A stretch of 64,000 nt of DNA, the filler included, from Streblomastix strix (Eukaryota): NCBI GenBank assembly GCA_008636045.1. It is 4 parts of 4 records of this genome, joined end to end, with 100 filler letters (N's around TTAATTAATTAA, not from the genome) between each part and the next. Parts side by side here need not be neighbours in the genome. Positions count along the whole stretch, not along the records: positions 16,045 to 31,981 come from SNRW01000905.1; 3 more parts are not named here. The stretch is one strand, 5' to 3'. The translations under genes and the position numbers were made by a program. Below the pieces are notes generated by a model that was given only the letters and a program-made list of their open reading frames with translations, was not told the origin of the DNA and did not search any database. This document shows positions 18,603 to 32,081 of this stretch, in pieces (the stretch's first letter is position 1; the number at the start of each line of letters is the position of its first letter).

Positions 18603-18767
18603 ATGCCATTCGAAACGCTATTCATACCATTAACAGAAAATTTAGCAGCAAATATTACTCTTGCTTTCGAAACATTTGATTCATTGGGAATTAATTGGAA
18701 AAGTATCTGAAAAATTATCTATGAAGCAGGAATTAAATATGCTTGCGAATCTAAATTGTGTAGATGA
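18603..18767 (+). CDS. Conserved viral micro-protein (54 codons, internal TGA)
   Basis: ...GINWKSI*KIIYEAGIKYACESKLCR, homologous to 36279-36404. Confidence 0.65.
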
Positions 18768-18792
18768 AGAATATTATTATTTTTGATATGAA

Positions 18793-20106
18793 ATGAATAA
18801 AGATCACCTTACATAGGCTAAATAAGATAGAGCATATGAACTATTGTTGTAAAATTATGATCAAACTGATCAGTAGATTAGTGAAGCAGCAATCAATATG
18901 TAGAACTAACTCACACATTTAGTAAGGTAAAATAATGGAGGGATAATGAAATTTGCATAGTTTATTTCAAATATGAAAATTACTCCGAGCAGAGCTGAAT
19001 AAGATATATTAATTAATAAAGCTAATGATATATAATTAAGTGGAAAAAGTATAAGTGAATGTTATTAAATTTATATAACTGAAGCATAATAATACAATGC
19101 TCCAATAAAACTTGCAAAAACAATTAGAAGATTACCTTATGTAAATTTATAGCCATAAACAGACCAATAATTAATAGAAATATTTCCATTCAAATCAAAA
19201 GTAAAATAATACGAAAAAATTAATAATGAAAGAGTAACGAAATAAACATAAATCAAAGATATTAAAGTGAAACCATTAAATAGACTCTAACGTCAATATT
19301 TCTCACCAAAATTAGGATCTTGGGAAATTGATCTTGTATTCGATACAAATCCAATAACACGAAGAAATTAGCAATACTTATTTGCGATCAACATTAGCAC
19401 AAAATATTTAGTTGTGATACCAATGATTAATAAGAGTGCTGCATAGATTAAACTTGCATTATAAAAACTCATAAAACAGGTATACGTTAACAATATAAGA
19501 GGAGATGGTGAGACTAGTTTTAAAGCTAATATTATTAAAAATTTTTGTAACGGTACGAATATTACGTTATTCTTCATATCATCTAGTTTCACTTAACATA
19601 ACAGAGTAGTAGATAATGTCATACTTACAATAAGAAATGGGTTTGGCTAAGATTTATTAGGTTTTGCTACTCCAAGTAAGATGTAATTGATGGTTAATAT
19701 ATATAACAAAACGCCGCATCTATCATATCATAATAAATTCACTCCTCAATAGATATAGTTGAATAGGGATTTAGAAGGTAAATTCATAAGATAAAAATAA
19801 GCATAAACGGAACAGATAATTTTGAATAAATAATGGGAAAATTTATTCAATTTCAAGAGTGGAAATATATTGATGATTCATGCAGATTATGCTAGGACTA
19901 ATGTAAGATTCTAGAAGTAGAGACGTTAATTCAATGAGTTAGCTACATTCGTAACTTATAAAAACGGTAATGTTGTATGTAAATTATTGAATCAATACTA
20001 AGGATTAGATGTTATTGAATTACCTATATTTTACTGTAAATTCATAAGTAACGATATCAATTCATTACCAGCAAACTATAAAAGTTAATTTAATATAAGT
20101 AATTGA
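18793..20106 (+). CDS. Retroviral-type (rve) integrase, 437 aa
   Basis: GSWEIDLVF, YLFAINISTKYL, IRGDGETSF, HNRVVDNVILTIR and YNKTPH motifs; start and stop are in the same frame. Confidence 0.85.
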
Positions 20107-20126
20107 GATTTTTATTTTTAAATCAA

Positions 20127-20627
20127 ATGCAAGCAAGTGAAACAAAACAAATCCGTAAAAGGTAATCAAAGAAACCAATTTCATAATTGAATGAAACATA
20201 ATCCAGTCCAATTGATGAAGTGCTTCATGCTCCTACGATTGATGCTCCTTTAATTAATTCACCTACAAATGATACATCACTTATTTCAAATACTAGTCCT
20301 TTTGCACAATTAGATCAAGAGAAAATTGAACTAAGAGGTAGACCAAAAAAATATAGTTCACTAGAAGAAGCTGAACGAATAGCCACCTAATAACGTCAAC
20401 GCGCACAATAAAAATATAGAATTCAGCGATAGGAATTTCGAACATCTGCAAACGATTTGTAACTCTTATTGATTCGACGTCTATAGAAAACCATCATATA
20501 TGACGTATAGGATTTATCTCAGATTAGCTAGATAATTGATCGGTACTGCTAATCAAACAACTAATCAAACAGTTCACCAAACAACTAATCAAACAACCAA
20601 TCATATAATCAATTGAACAATCAATGA
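20127..20627 (+). CDS. Small AT-hook (RGRPKKY) putative DNA-binding protein
   Basis: Open code-6 frame of 166 aa; ELRGRPKKYSSLEEA is followed by a basic helix. Confidence 0.6.
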
Positions 20628-20670
20628 TGTGGATTTATTTTTGCAGGTAACTATTTTTATGTTATAATAA

Positions 20671-20979
20671 ATGTAACACGACGAAAAGACTTTGACAAAA
20701 GAATAAAAAGAGTAAAAAGAGTAAAAATAGTAAAAGGAATAAAGCGATTAAAGATATCACGATTATATATAATCAATATCACATAATGGATCTAATTTGT
20801 CTAAAGAATAAAGGGAGAAAGGATATAAAAACAGTGCATTTATGTAAACTATAATGGATTTATTTGACGGAAAGATAACTTAATAATAAGCTAAGAAACA
20901 ATAAAGATACTACATTAATTAATAGAGATAATTAGATAAATAAGGTAAATTAAGATGGATTAGTCCAAACAATCAATGA
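20671..20979 (+). CDS. Hypothetical protein (102 aa)
   Basis: Open code-6 frame MQHDEKTLTKEQKEQ...RWISPNNQ, flanked by T-rich motifs. Confidence 0.45.
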
Positions 20980-21159
20980 GTATGAATTTATTTTTGCCTG
21001 TTAATTCTATGTGTTAGTCCTTCCTTTTAATGATTAGAGATAATAATAATATAAAACTTAATGGCAGGGTTCTATTTCCATTTTGTATTTTTTGTCTTTT
21101 AAGGTTATGCAAGTTAGTGTTAATATACTAGAATCATAGGTAATATTATATAAATCTCT

Positions 21160-21752
21160 ATATAAGACAAAAGACAAGACAAGACAAATCCATCAGAAGT
21201 TTGTGGAAATCATCTGCCATCTGCCATAATGCCATATCCTTCGATTTGAATCTAATTCTCCATAGCTAGTGAACATTCAACCTAAATTCTACCTAAATTG
21301 CACTGCCATACATTACCATTGAATATATTTATGGCAGACTTATCAAAGATCGACTTTCAGAATTGTCTTATCCTCATTTTCACAAATATATTGAAGGATT
21401 TTCGATAATCATAGAATCGTTCATTTTCAAAAATAGTTTCTATGTTCAATAGATATAAGACAAATTTGTTTCACTGATTTCAAGAGTCAAGCTATATTTA
21501 TAATTCTTATGGCAGACTATATATTGATTCATTCATTAATTATTCACTAGACCTTCAAATTCAAATTCAAATTGAAGGATATGGAATTATGGCATATGGC
21601 AGATGGCAGACAAAAATAGCTGGCGTTGATAGGATTTGTCTTGTCTTACATTTTGTCTTATAGATTAATTCATTCAATTCGTCCACAGCGCTTACACGCA
21701 CGTACTAACATGAGACAGAATTTTTGTCTTATCGTCAATTTGTCCGCCATAA
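21160..21752. repeat. Inverted repeat plus first copy of a ~165-bp repeated module
   Basis: 21160-21250 is an imperfect reverse complement of about 21566-21662. 21587-21752 is repeated directly at about 24682-24844, and more distantly at about 25120-25240. Confidence 0.8.
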
Positions 21753-21779
21753 ATTTTTGAACAAAAATAAATTCAATTT

Positions 21780-24625
21780 TCATTCTTCTTTTATACTCTA
21801 TACGACTTAATCAACGAATCTATCATCTTCAATTGATTTATTGTATTTCTGATAGTTTTTATTAGATACTTCGATATCTTCTTCATTCATCATTTTATCA
21901 TAATATGTTTATTAATCTTTGTTCAGTACATATACTCTTGTTTACACTCCGTTAAAATATGGTCTTGGAGTTGAGCATTTATGTTCCAAAGCATTCTTAT
22001 ATGTCTTTAATAACCAATTTTAAGGTTTACATTAATTTGCAAAAGCTACTGGAATTCCTTATTTGAACTATTCATAATGTTCCATAATTATATTATCTAC
22101 TGGTAATCGACTACCATTCATCAATTATTTTTTAGCTTCAGTCATTGGAATTATAGCAGAATTGAACTATGAAATATCTCTTTCAAGTAAGAATGTCATC
22201 AAATTCTCATAAAACTTTTATGTATAGCTTTAACTTAACTCTTTAAAATATTCAGCATCTTCTTTATGTTTTTCAATAATTTAATGAACAGTTTCACATG
22301 CACATACTAAATGACGTCTATCATCTGTGTCTAATTGTACTGGCATATCAGCGTTTGTTACATATATCACGTTCATAACATTCTCAGCTGTTCTTCTAGG
22401 TTGATTCTTCTCATTAATTCTTATAGATAAATCTGAAATTATCGATTTCATTACTGTTGCAACACCTTTCTTAGAACCGTTGTAATTCATTATCTCATTC
22501 AATACTGCAAACATCTTATTTTCAACTACTGAATTGAACCTTCCTATGAACTCATCTATGTTTGTTATGTTTGGACAGCTGTATAGACTTGTTAGTTCAG
22601 CGATAACATCAGTGAATCTATTTTTGCCTATTGCTTATCTACCTTATAATATAATTGCGGCTCTAGACTTTTTTCCGGGATTTTGTATCATCCATGCTAT
22701 CCAATTAACAATATATTCATAGACCCTTTCATCGCCTGCAGCAATAGTATCTTTAATTAAATCGAAGTACATTTACAAGCATTCGTAGTCGATTGTATCT
22801 AATTTCTTATATTTATACCCTTGGAATATTGTGAGAATTTTCAGATCTTCACTAATGAATTTGCATCCTTTCTTTACAAATTTTGAAGCATATTTCTTGA
22901 AAATATGCTTTGCTGTTAGTTATTTTTTATTATCATTTTCAGGATCTTTCTTTTAATTCTTATAATTTATAATCACTTTATCTAATTGTTTATAGATTGT
23001 TCTTTCTAATTTATGATATAAAACTTACATGTCACTAATAGCATCATATCCTTTAATCGCATATATATCTTCAGTTTCACCTTCGTAGTATACTAATAAT
23101 CTTGTTAAATCCTTTAAGATTTATTCTTCATTCTCATATTCTCCATTAGCAGCTTTTTCTAGCATATCAAGTAGTGTGAATTCATCTGATAGATCAATCT
23201 TATTCGGTATTAATGTCTAGCTAATTATGATTTATTTTTCCTTTTTTTTGCGTCATAATTCTTCTTCAATAATGGTATAATTATTTATTCATTGTAATCT
23301 TTGTTATGGTATTTTAAGATTTTTGTATGGATCCATGGATTTGGTTTACGTTCGCCATTAGAAGCTGCTTATCCATAGTTCTTTTCAGCGTTTGCAGTTA
23401 GCTTGTTAAATTAGCGTATATTATTTATTCCTTATAGTCGAATCGATTCATTAGTTATTCCAAATAATCCTGAGAATATACTTACAAGAGATACTTCCAT
23501 ATTAATAGCTTATGGGTAGTTATGAATGGTTAAATTCTTCAATCTAGCAATACAAGCTTATGCAAGTTCATCATTCATTTAATCAATAATTCCATCATTT
23601 GTAATCTGCTATCCAAATTCTCGTTTCTATTTCTTTTCAATGTATTCAATATATGATATCTCAATATCCACATTCCATTTATCCAATATATCTCTTAGAT
23701 TTGCTAGATGTGTCATGTTACTCTAATCATTAATTGTCTCATATTTAAGTATCTCTCGTTTATTATTTTTCGTTTCTCGGAATGATGAATTAGGTCCAAC
23801 CACTCGATTCTATATAAGTTCTTTTTATTCCGGATCATCAGCATAATGTTTATTCTTAAACATTTATCCAAATATATCAATCTAAATATTATCTAATATG
23901 ATACATTTTACACATCGATTTGCAGGTAAAATATATCCACTTCTATTACAATAAGCATGTAGTCCACCATGTGCTGTTCTAACTAAACCAACGTTAATAG
24001 GAAGCATGCTATTGATTATATTCTAGCGTATCTCATCAATCTTCTCTTTTGGTAGTTCATGATTAATATCAAAATCAATTACACATAAATCACCATCTTC
24101 GACAAGAGTTAAATCAACTAATTTGCCTGTTACTTATTTTTTCTAACCTTCTTACTAGCCTATTTTGGTATAATTTACTGTGTTAATCATAGCATTTTTA
24201 ACTCTTTCGCTAATAGTCTTATTCTAGAATTCTTAGTAATGTTATTCAAATATCGGTTCCAATACATCTAGAAGTTAATCTACTTATGTTTTATCATTTT
24301 ATACTTATTCTACTTGTTTCTATAACTTCTCTAATCTATATTCTTCTTATTACTTTTCAAGTCTTACTTCAATACATCCTTCAGAATTTAATAAATCAGA
24401 TATAGTTTATTCACTAGATTATTCAATAGGTTATTCACTAGGTTATTCAACAGATTATTCAATGGTTTGTTCCTTAATCATTTAATCAATTAATACTTTT
24501 GCCTTGTCATTGGTTTTCGATTTACGATTATACTTACGCGTTGGACCTTTTTCCAGTGTCTCATATTTAACGTTTATAGATTCATTTGAGTTTGATTTGG
24601 TGCTTGAGGATTCTACTGTTGTCAT
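21780..24625 (-). CDS. Prim-Pol primase fused to an SF3 (D5/NrS-1-like) helicase, with one frameshift
   Basis: Primase motifs LCVIDFD and VRTAHGGLHAY. Helicase motifs LQGRQAIGKN, AVLNE and YVTN..DRR. The frame changes at the A8 run 23242-23249. Confidence 0.85.
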
Positions 24626-27397
24626 TTTGCTTACGGATAAAAAGTTCAAATAGTTTGTTTAAACAATATTTTTTATTTAATTTATGGCATATGGCAATGG
24701 CAGATTAAATTCTCAGGAGTTAAAATTTTTATCTTGTCTTGTCTTTTGTCTTATAAGGATAATTATTCAATTCGTCCGCAGCGCTAGCACATATGCACTA
24801 ACATGAGACAGAAATTTTGTCTTATTGCCAATTTGTCTGCCATATTTATTGGTATGGTCATTGCATTCAATTTCTCCATAATTCTAATATTATTAACAAA
24901 TTCATTAATTAAAAGAATCAATTAAATTGCCACTGCCACTTGCCATCTACCTCTTTATATAGGAGTTTGGGTGTAAGCATGACAGCGTGACAGCGTGTCA
25001 GTTTATGGAATGGATTATTTATCTCAATTATACATCTCATTTACAAGTAAATATTAGTGTCACGTTACATCAAATATGTCAGTATGTCGATATATCACGC
25101 TTTTTTCGTCGGACTCATAAATTTTTGTCCCGTCCAGTCCTTTTGTCCTAATGGATAATTCACTTCATTTACCCACTCCGCTGGCACATTCATACATTAA
25201 TGGGACAAAATTTCTGTCCACACTTTCATTTGACTGACGAATTTCATTTACCGACCGACTGACCGACTTCTGCTCAAAGGGTTAATTTTAGGGGGGTCCA
25301 ACTCGGCATACTGGTACATATGATTAATTCAATCAATTTATCCACTATTTCAAACATAGTCATCAGAGTATTCAATAGACATAGTCAATTCATATCATCT
25401 ATCCACACAAATAATTAGTACAATCAATCTTCATAATTCACCTAATACAACTGTTGTAACACTCCCTTTTAACATCAAATTCATGATCAGCATATCAACA
25501 TTACCCTTAGGACTTATTCTCAAGTCAATTGGTAAACATTTATTTTTCCTTATATTTTTCACTTTTTATTAGAATATATATTAAAATAAAAATATTTTAT
25601 AGTAGGTTAGAATAACCATTAAAAACTTAAAATTTCATATCTCTCTGATATACTACTCTAAGGTCATATCACACACATAGATTCCAAAAATTATGTTAAT
25701 AATCAATTCTGTAACTGTTCAACACAGTCAATCTTAACAAATAATCCATTTCATTCATCGTATAACTAGTCGATACAATTATTTAATATTTTAGTGGACC
25801 TTGGATCATATATTATAATAATATATATGAATTATACAAATCCTCAAAAAAAGAGAAGTTGTGATTTTTTTATTTTTTTGTATAAAAATTAAAAAATTTT
25901 TTTTATAAATTTTATAAATATCTTTGCTACATATTAATTGATTTGATCAATTTAATATTTATTACGTACAATATATATGATGTAACTACAATATAAATAT
26001 AAATATAATAGATAGCTAATTTCTGTACATCAAAATTAAAAATATACAAAATTTTGATACAAAATTTTTAACGATTTTTTGATATTGGTTTGATTAATTC
26101 TATGTTATTATTTCTGTTGTGAAAATTATTTTATTTTATATTTATATTTGTATAATAGATATGTGTATGCATTATTACTAATATGCGTATTGAAACATTA
26201 AACAAAAAATTTTTATTCAAACAATTAGATCTGTTTCGATCAAAAAAAATACTACTAATTTTGAATCGGAGTTTATACTTAATTAGACTTTGTAATACAA
26301 CAAAAATGTAAGCAAAATAATTAATCAATTAATTTTGAGATAATATGAAATGGGCTGATTAATCGTATATTCATCTTTACAAATAAAATCAACAATCTAT
26401 CAACATATAAATGGATCAGGAGTTAAAATTTCTTTGATAGTTGAACTTCAGCGACTTGCTGACAATGTTAGTGTTTCGCATATAATATCCTGCTCATAAA
26501 ATGATTGCTGGAATGGATCTATTTAAGAAGTTATCCCCTCTTTCTTGAGCCGCATTTCTACTTCTGGAATAGTTGGTAATGAAGTACAATAAATATTTTT
26601 TAATTTATTATTTAATTAGAAGCTAACATTCTTGGACTCAAAATTTAAATTATAATAAAAATAATTAATTATTCACTTAAAAAATCTATTAATTCTGTCG
26701 AAATACCTATTATAAGTTGAGCTGAGATGGAGTTTTATGGAATGTACATATATGAATTATGATTATTATTGAATATCAATTGATTTTTGGAAAGAAGTTA
26801 AATAATTAATGTTTCCATTTAGCTTTGAGAATGAAATTTACATACAATGTTGATATATTGAATTTAAAAATACTGTATAAATCGATATCTTGAATTGCTG
26901 TTGAACACAAATTTTGTTATAAAAAAGTTTATGATTTTGTATCGATAAATTGAATTGAATAATGAATAAATATTGAATGCCCCGAGTGTCTCAACTAAAA
27001 GAGCAAAATTATCTTATTCTGAAAATTAAGAGACAATAAAACAATGAGACAATTAATAAAAAACATAAATAAAAATAAATTTAATCCAAATAAAAAATTT
27101 AAAATTTAAAGAATTTAACTTATTTTAAAAATAAACAAGTTAGTTTTAATAAAATTTAACACATAATGTATATTAATGATTTTATTAAATTTATATTTAA
27201 ATGCTAAGTGATAGAATTAGAGATGCAATAATAGATATATATAATTATATTTAATTTCCAATAATTAAAAATATTGGTTTTAAATCAGGATATGCAATTG
27301 ATATAGCAAAATTGTAAGGTTTAAAAATTATTCTTCATCGTCAGAAGATTTTTAGAAAAACAAAAAACTTTTAGAAAATAGAAAAATATATCATATA

Positions 27398-27932
27398 CAG
27401 GTGCGGGAAAAAGTGTCTGCACTCGACTTTTCTGGGCATATAATAAGAATTGTATGTTGTAATGTATATAAATATTATACATATAGTATAATGCAAAATG
27501 TCATTTTTTCTCAATCAAATTTGATCTATTTATAAAAAAGTTGTCAATTTAAATTTTTCACTTTTTTTACCATTTTGGCATTAAATGCTTAAAAATTATA
27601 ATATCCATATTTTCTTAAAATTAAGTTTTATTTTATATTATATATAATAATTATATTTAATATACAAATATATAATAAATAAATATCAAAAATTTAAAAT
27701 AAAATTTAATTTCAAAATAATATGGATACTTTAATTTTTAAGCACTTAAAGCCAAAATGGTAAAAAAAGTGAAAAATTTAAATTGAAAACTTTTTTATAA
27801 ATAGATCAAATTTGATTGAGAAAAAATGATATTTTGCATTATACTATATGTATAATATTTATATATATTACAACATACAATTCTTATTATATGCCCAGAA
27901 AAGTCGAGTGCAGACATTTTTTCCCGCACCTG
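27398..27932. mobile_element. Foldback MITE, Tc1/mariner-type (535 bp)
   Basis: Near-perfect inverted arms of about 210 bp beginning CAGGTGCGGGAAAAA, flanked by TA on both sides; non-coding. Confidence 0.88.
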
Positions 27933-28310
27933 TATATTAAATAAACAATAATTTTTTATTAATTTTGTAAATCAAAATTTTGAATATTGAATTAATAAGT
28001 CAATAAATTTGTGAATGAATAATTTATATGTATTATAATATTAATATATACGAAAAATATTAATTTCCTCAACTGTTTGATTATAAAAATACGTTACAAA
28101 AATAAATAATTAAATTTAATAAAATTTCTAAAAAGCTTCAAAAAAATATTAATAATATTAGCACATGACACATATATATGAAATAAGTTTAAAAAAATAA
28201 AATAATAACAGAATAATTGTCAATGCCGGAGTAATTAAATTTAGCTTCGGAAAGCTCTAATTGAATATTTCGATAAAAATTTATATCATAAAGTATTATA
28301 TAACCTAAAA

Positions 28311-28634
28311 ATGAATATAAATATAAATATTCCGAGAAGAAATTGTAAAAGTTTCATAATATTTTTCCGAAATTTAGTACGCAATGGTGGATTTGGAAAG
28401 CATGGTGGATTCGGAAAACATGGTGGATTCGGAAAACATGGTGGATTCGGTGGACCTGGATTTGGAAAACATGGTGGATTCGGTGGACCTGGGAAACACG
28501 ACCTAAAGAAGCTGTTGTATCTGTAATAGGTTGGAGCACAACCAACTGAGGAAGAAGGGACCACAACTTCTTCATCTTCGTCATCATCTTCGTCCTCATC
28601 TTCGTCTTCCTCTTCATCAACTAGCGAGGAATGA
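28311..28634 (+). CDS. Gly/His-rich repeat protein (GGFGKH repeats, poly-Ser tail); 5' structure uncertain
   Basis: GC-rich 18-bp tandem codon repeats with variation at synonymous positions. In code 6 the frame continues to TGA at 28632. Confidence 0.55.
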
Positions 28635-29446
28635 ACTCTTGATATGAAGAGATTTGGCCTAAGATAGTAGTTTAATTATTAATACTGAAATTTTTTTTTT
28701 GTGATGCAACGAAGCAAATAATTAACTTATTTTTTGTAGTCAGCACTCATAATTCGTCAATAAACTTATTGTAGTTTATATTTTTGCAGATATTATTTTA
28801 TTTACTCATTTTGGTTAGAGCGAAATATCAAAAATTCACGTAACTCTTTGCAATCAATAGATGGAAACATTAAGATAACGATTTATCAATTTGAAAGTCT
28901 TTCTGTTCTTGTGCTCGCTGAAGATATCATTCTTATTTGCTGCGATAATTGCTACAAACACCATACTCTAGCTTGTTTTAAAAAATGAAGACAAACTCCC
29001 TTTTTCGCCTATAGCTTGCTTTCTAACAAGATGGTACGAATTTACACTGGATTTATCTCAATTGTAATATATATTTTTAAACATGTTATACAGCGTGGCT
29101 GTCGTAGCACTATCACTTACTTTTTTGGAATACCGAGCGATCAAACCAGCGATGAGTAAGCAGGTTAAGATTTAGGAGGCAAATGGGAACTTCCTTATGG
29201 CAGTAATGTAAGTTCACCTCATTTTAGACGTTGCCGCACTACTGCTACTCTTCGACCTCTTCTTCCGTATCAAAGCCGCAAAGAACTTGTCATTTGCTAT
29301 TCTTTATATTGGAATATCAATTATTATTACGCTGAGATCGACATGGATTCGTGCATAGATTAGCAAGCCTAAGACTTCAAAGAAATGATCTCAAGCAAAT
29401 TTTTATTCTTTTGTGAATTTTATTTCACTTCATTCATTTGTATTAT

Positions 29447-31981
29447 TCATAAATAAATTGGGTAAAATGCTTGTGGAAGTGAGTGCTCTTCTCCATTCCA
29501 CACGAATTATGCATATAAAACATTACCAAAAAAATCTTTACCTTCTTCACCTCTACATGCCCTTACACAATCAGGCATAAAGTTCATTTCAAGTAGCACT
29601 GGTTAAATGTGGATGTTCAATTGGTTCGAATTTTGGATCTTAACAACAGTACGTTTAAGCATCACATCTATACCGTATGAAGCTGCACTCCAACCAACAG
29701 ATGCTATATGTGGTATAGTATTAGAATTATTGATAGAATCATGATCAGATGAAGTTGCAATTGTAAATATTTCTTTAAGCATATTATCAATTCTATGTTA
29801 TACATTCTTCCATGAATTGGATTACATAGCATCTTCATCATTAGGATAAGTGTTTCCATAATATTCTTATCTCTTTCTAAGTTCATTACTCAATAATATA
29901 TATCTCTGATTCTACATTTCATATAATTGAATAAATTAATTATCACTCATCTAAATCCATCTTCCTGTATTCTTATTATCATTAATATCCGTTTATCGAT
30001 AATTCATAACAGTAAAATGCTTTTCATATTCATCAAAAGTGTCCAAAGAAAATGGAATATTAGCTATACGTATCCAAAATCGTTTGTAGACTATTATGGC
30101 AAATCTTGGCGATTTTAATTAATTATTAGATCTTATTTCTTCATTAAATGTATTGTTTTATAATGGTTTTAAGATTACAATGAATCGTAAATCAAATTTA
30201 AAAAGAGGAGGATCAGTAAATATAGGTTTGATAATATGAATGAATTGATTTGTATAAGAATGAGATAAAGAAGAAGATTAAGTATCAGATGTAGAAGATT
30301 AAGAAACAACAAAATCTGGAACAGAAATGAGAAATGGAGTATCAATATATCTTTATATTATTCTAGGAATAGAAGCTTCTCCAATTGATAACTAAAAATG
30401 ATTGGATGTTGTATGTGGAAATGGAGTTACAGGTCCTATAAACATTCCCATTGATCTTGCTTAATTCCAAGGTTTACTTATAAATAGTTATAATTATGTT
30501 GTAGATTATCCAATCTCAGAAATCCATTTATTAAATTCTTAAAGACGATCATTCTCACATTTACCTTCTCCAAGGTTGAATGATGGAATAAACCAAGATA
30601 ATGAAAGAGAATTATAATATTTTTGCTATTCATCATTTTAGGATCTCTATATTTATCTTTCCATTGCTGTTCTAACCATTCGTGATAATAAATGTTTATA
30701 TACAAGGCATTCTTCTCCAGGAATTTGATTAATATACGTAAATTAAGATTCTTTAATTTATTTTTCGTTCTAATTATCATTTTTATGGTTTATTTAAAGT
30801 AATTATTTAATTCTTTTAATTTCTTCTTCTCTTTCAGAATCTTTTAAACCAATTTCCCATAATTTATCTGAATTTCCAATTTTTTCACCAATTTCTGGGA
30901 AGTGACTCAAAAATGATCTTATATCCTCAGTTATCCAAATAATATCTGCTTTAAATGGATCATCAATGGTCTCAAATTAAGCTAATGAAGTTGATAGATG
31001 AGTTGATACAAGATTGGAATCAGTATATACGAAATATTTCTTTTGTTAATATTCTAAAGATTTAATTTATTACTAATTATTTAGTTATTTTATAGATATA
31101 TTTTCTTCTAAATCATTATATCTATTTGGAAAATATTCATTAATAGCTTTTCTTTATTATTAGTTTTGATTTATATAATGCTAAAGACCCATTAACATTT
31201 CTTCAAGTCTTTCTCTATATTTATTTATTCTTTAATTATCATTAATTGCAACTGATGCAATATTCTCAAAATAATCTCTCGTCAAAGGTTCTCCAGGATA
31301 AATATCTCTAATTGGCCAACAAATAATTACAAATTATCCATTTTCTTTAATTTCTTTAATTTCTTTAATTTCTTTCTTTTCATTATAATTAATTTATTCA
31401 TTTCTTTAATCATAGAATATTCTATATTTAATATTTGGCAAATAAGAATTATGACATATTCTACTTCCAAGTTCATCAGGAAGAAACCAAATATATTCTG
31501 TTTTTAAATTATTATAAGTATTATCTTATTTTAATTCATCATTAATATCTTAAGGAGATACAATACTAATTACTTATGCAATTCTCCAAAATTCTTCTGC
31601 TGCTCGTTAAATTCTCTCTTCTTCTTCTCTAATTTAAATAAATGGATCTTTTATAAGATGTGGAACTTTGAGTTAAGAAGAGGATGATTAGGATGAAAAA
31701 GAAGATTATTATATTATTTGACTTTGATGAATATTTAGTTAATAGAACTCAGAATGAGGTGAAATTCCATTAAATTGTTGTAAATGAGGAAATATTATTG
31801 AAATAAAACTTCGGAATTCTTCAACTGGATTTTTGATTTGTTCATTTGAATTTAAAGAAGAAGATGAAGCAGAATAATTATTTGATTAATTGTAGATGGA
31901 CGAAATAAATTATTAATAAGGAGATTATACTGAAAACACGTCTTTATATAAATCTTCCCAATCAATTCTTTATAAAGAGTA
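29447..31981 (-). CDS. TTLL12: Tubulin-tyrosine ligase-like protein, TTLL12-like (5' end cut by contig end)
   Basis: KPWNQARS, IIQRYIDTP, FKFDLRFIV, YGIDVML and PVLLEMNFMPDCVRAC. Confidence 0.8.
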
Positions 31982-32081
31982 NNNNNNNNNNNNNNNNNNN
32001 NNNNNNNNNNNNNNNNNNNNNNNNNTTAATTAATTAANNNNNNNNNNNNNNNNNNNNNNNNNNNNNNNNNNNNNNNNNNNN
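31982..32081. other. Artificial contig linker
   Basis: N44-TTAATTAATTAA-N44. Confidence 0.98.

Larger units (their letters stand above)
16045..25320. mobile_element. Endogenous Polinton-like element A (internally deleted)
   Basis: Compact intronless gene cluster: resolvase, pPolB remnant, integrase, Prim-Pol/SF3 helicase and small ORFs, bracketed by an inverted ~72-bp GC-rich module. The right boundary is approximate. Confidence 0.75.

Noticed and set aside
25320..27000. Scattered coding-like fragments
   Set aside because: Interrupted in all frames; no identifiable motif.
28286..28620. Minus-strand PPCFPN / HHVF repeat ORFs
   Set aside because: Probably shadows of the plus-strand GGFGKH frame.
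28870..29390. Coding-like hydrophobic segment ending ...SKPKTSKK
   Set aside because: No recognisable family or consistent gene model; possibly a pseudogene.
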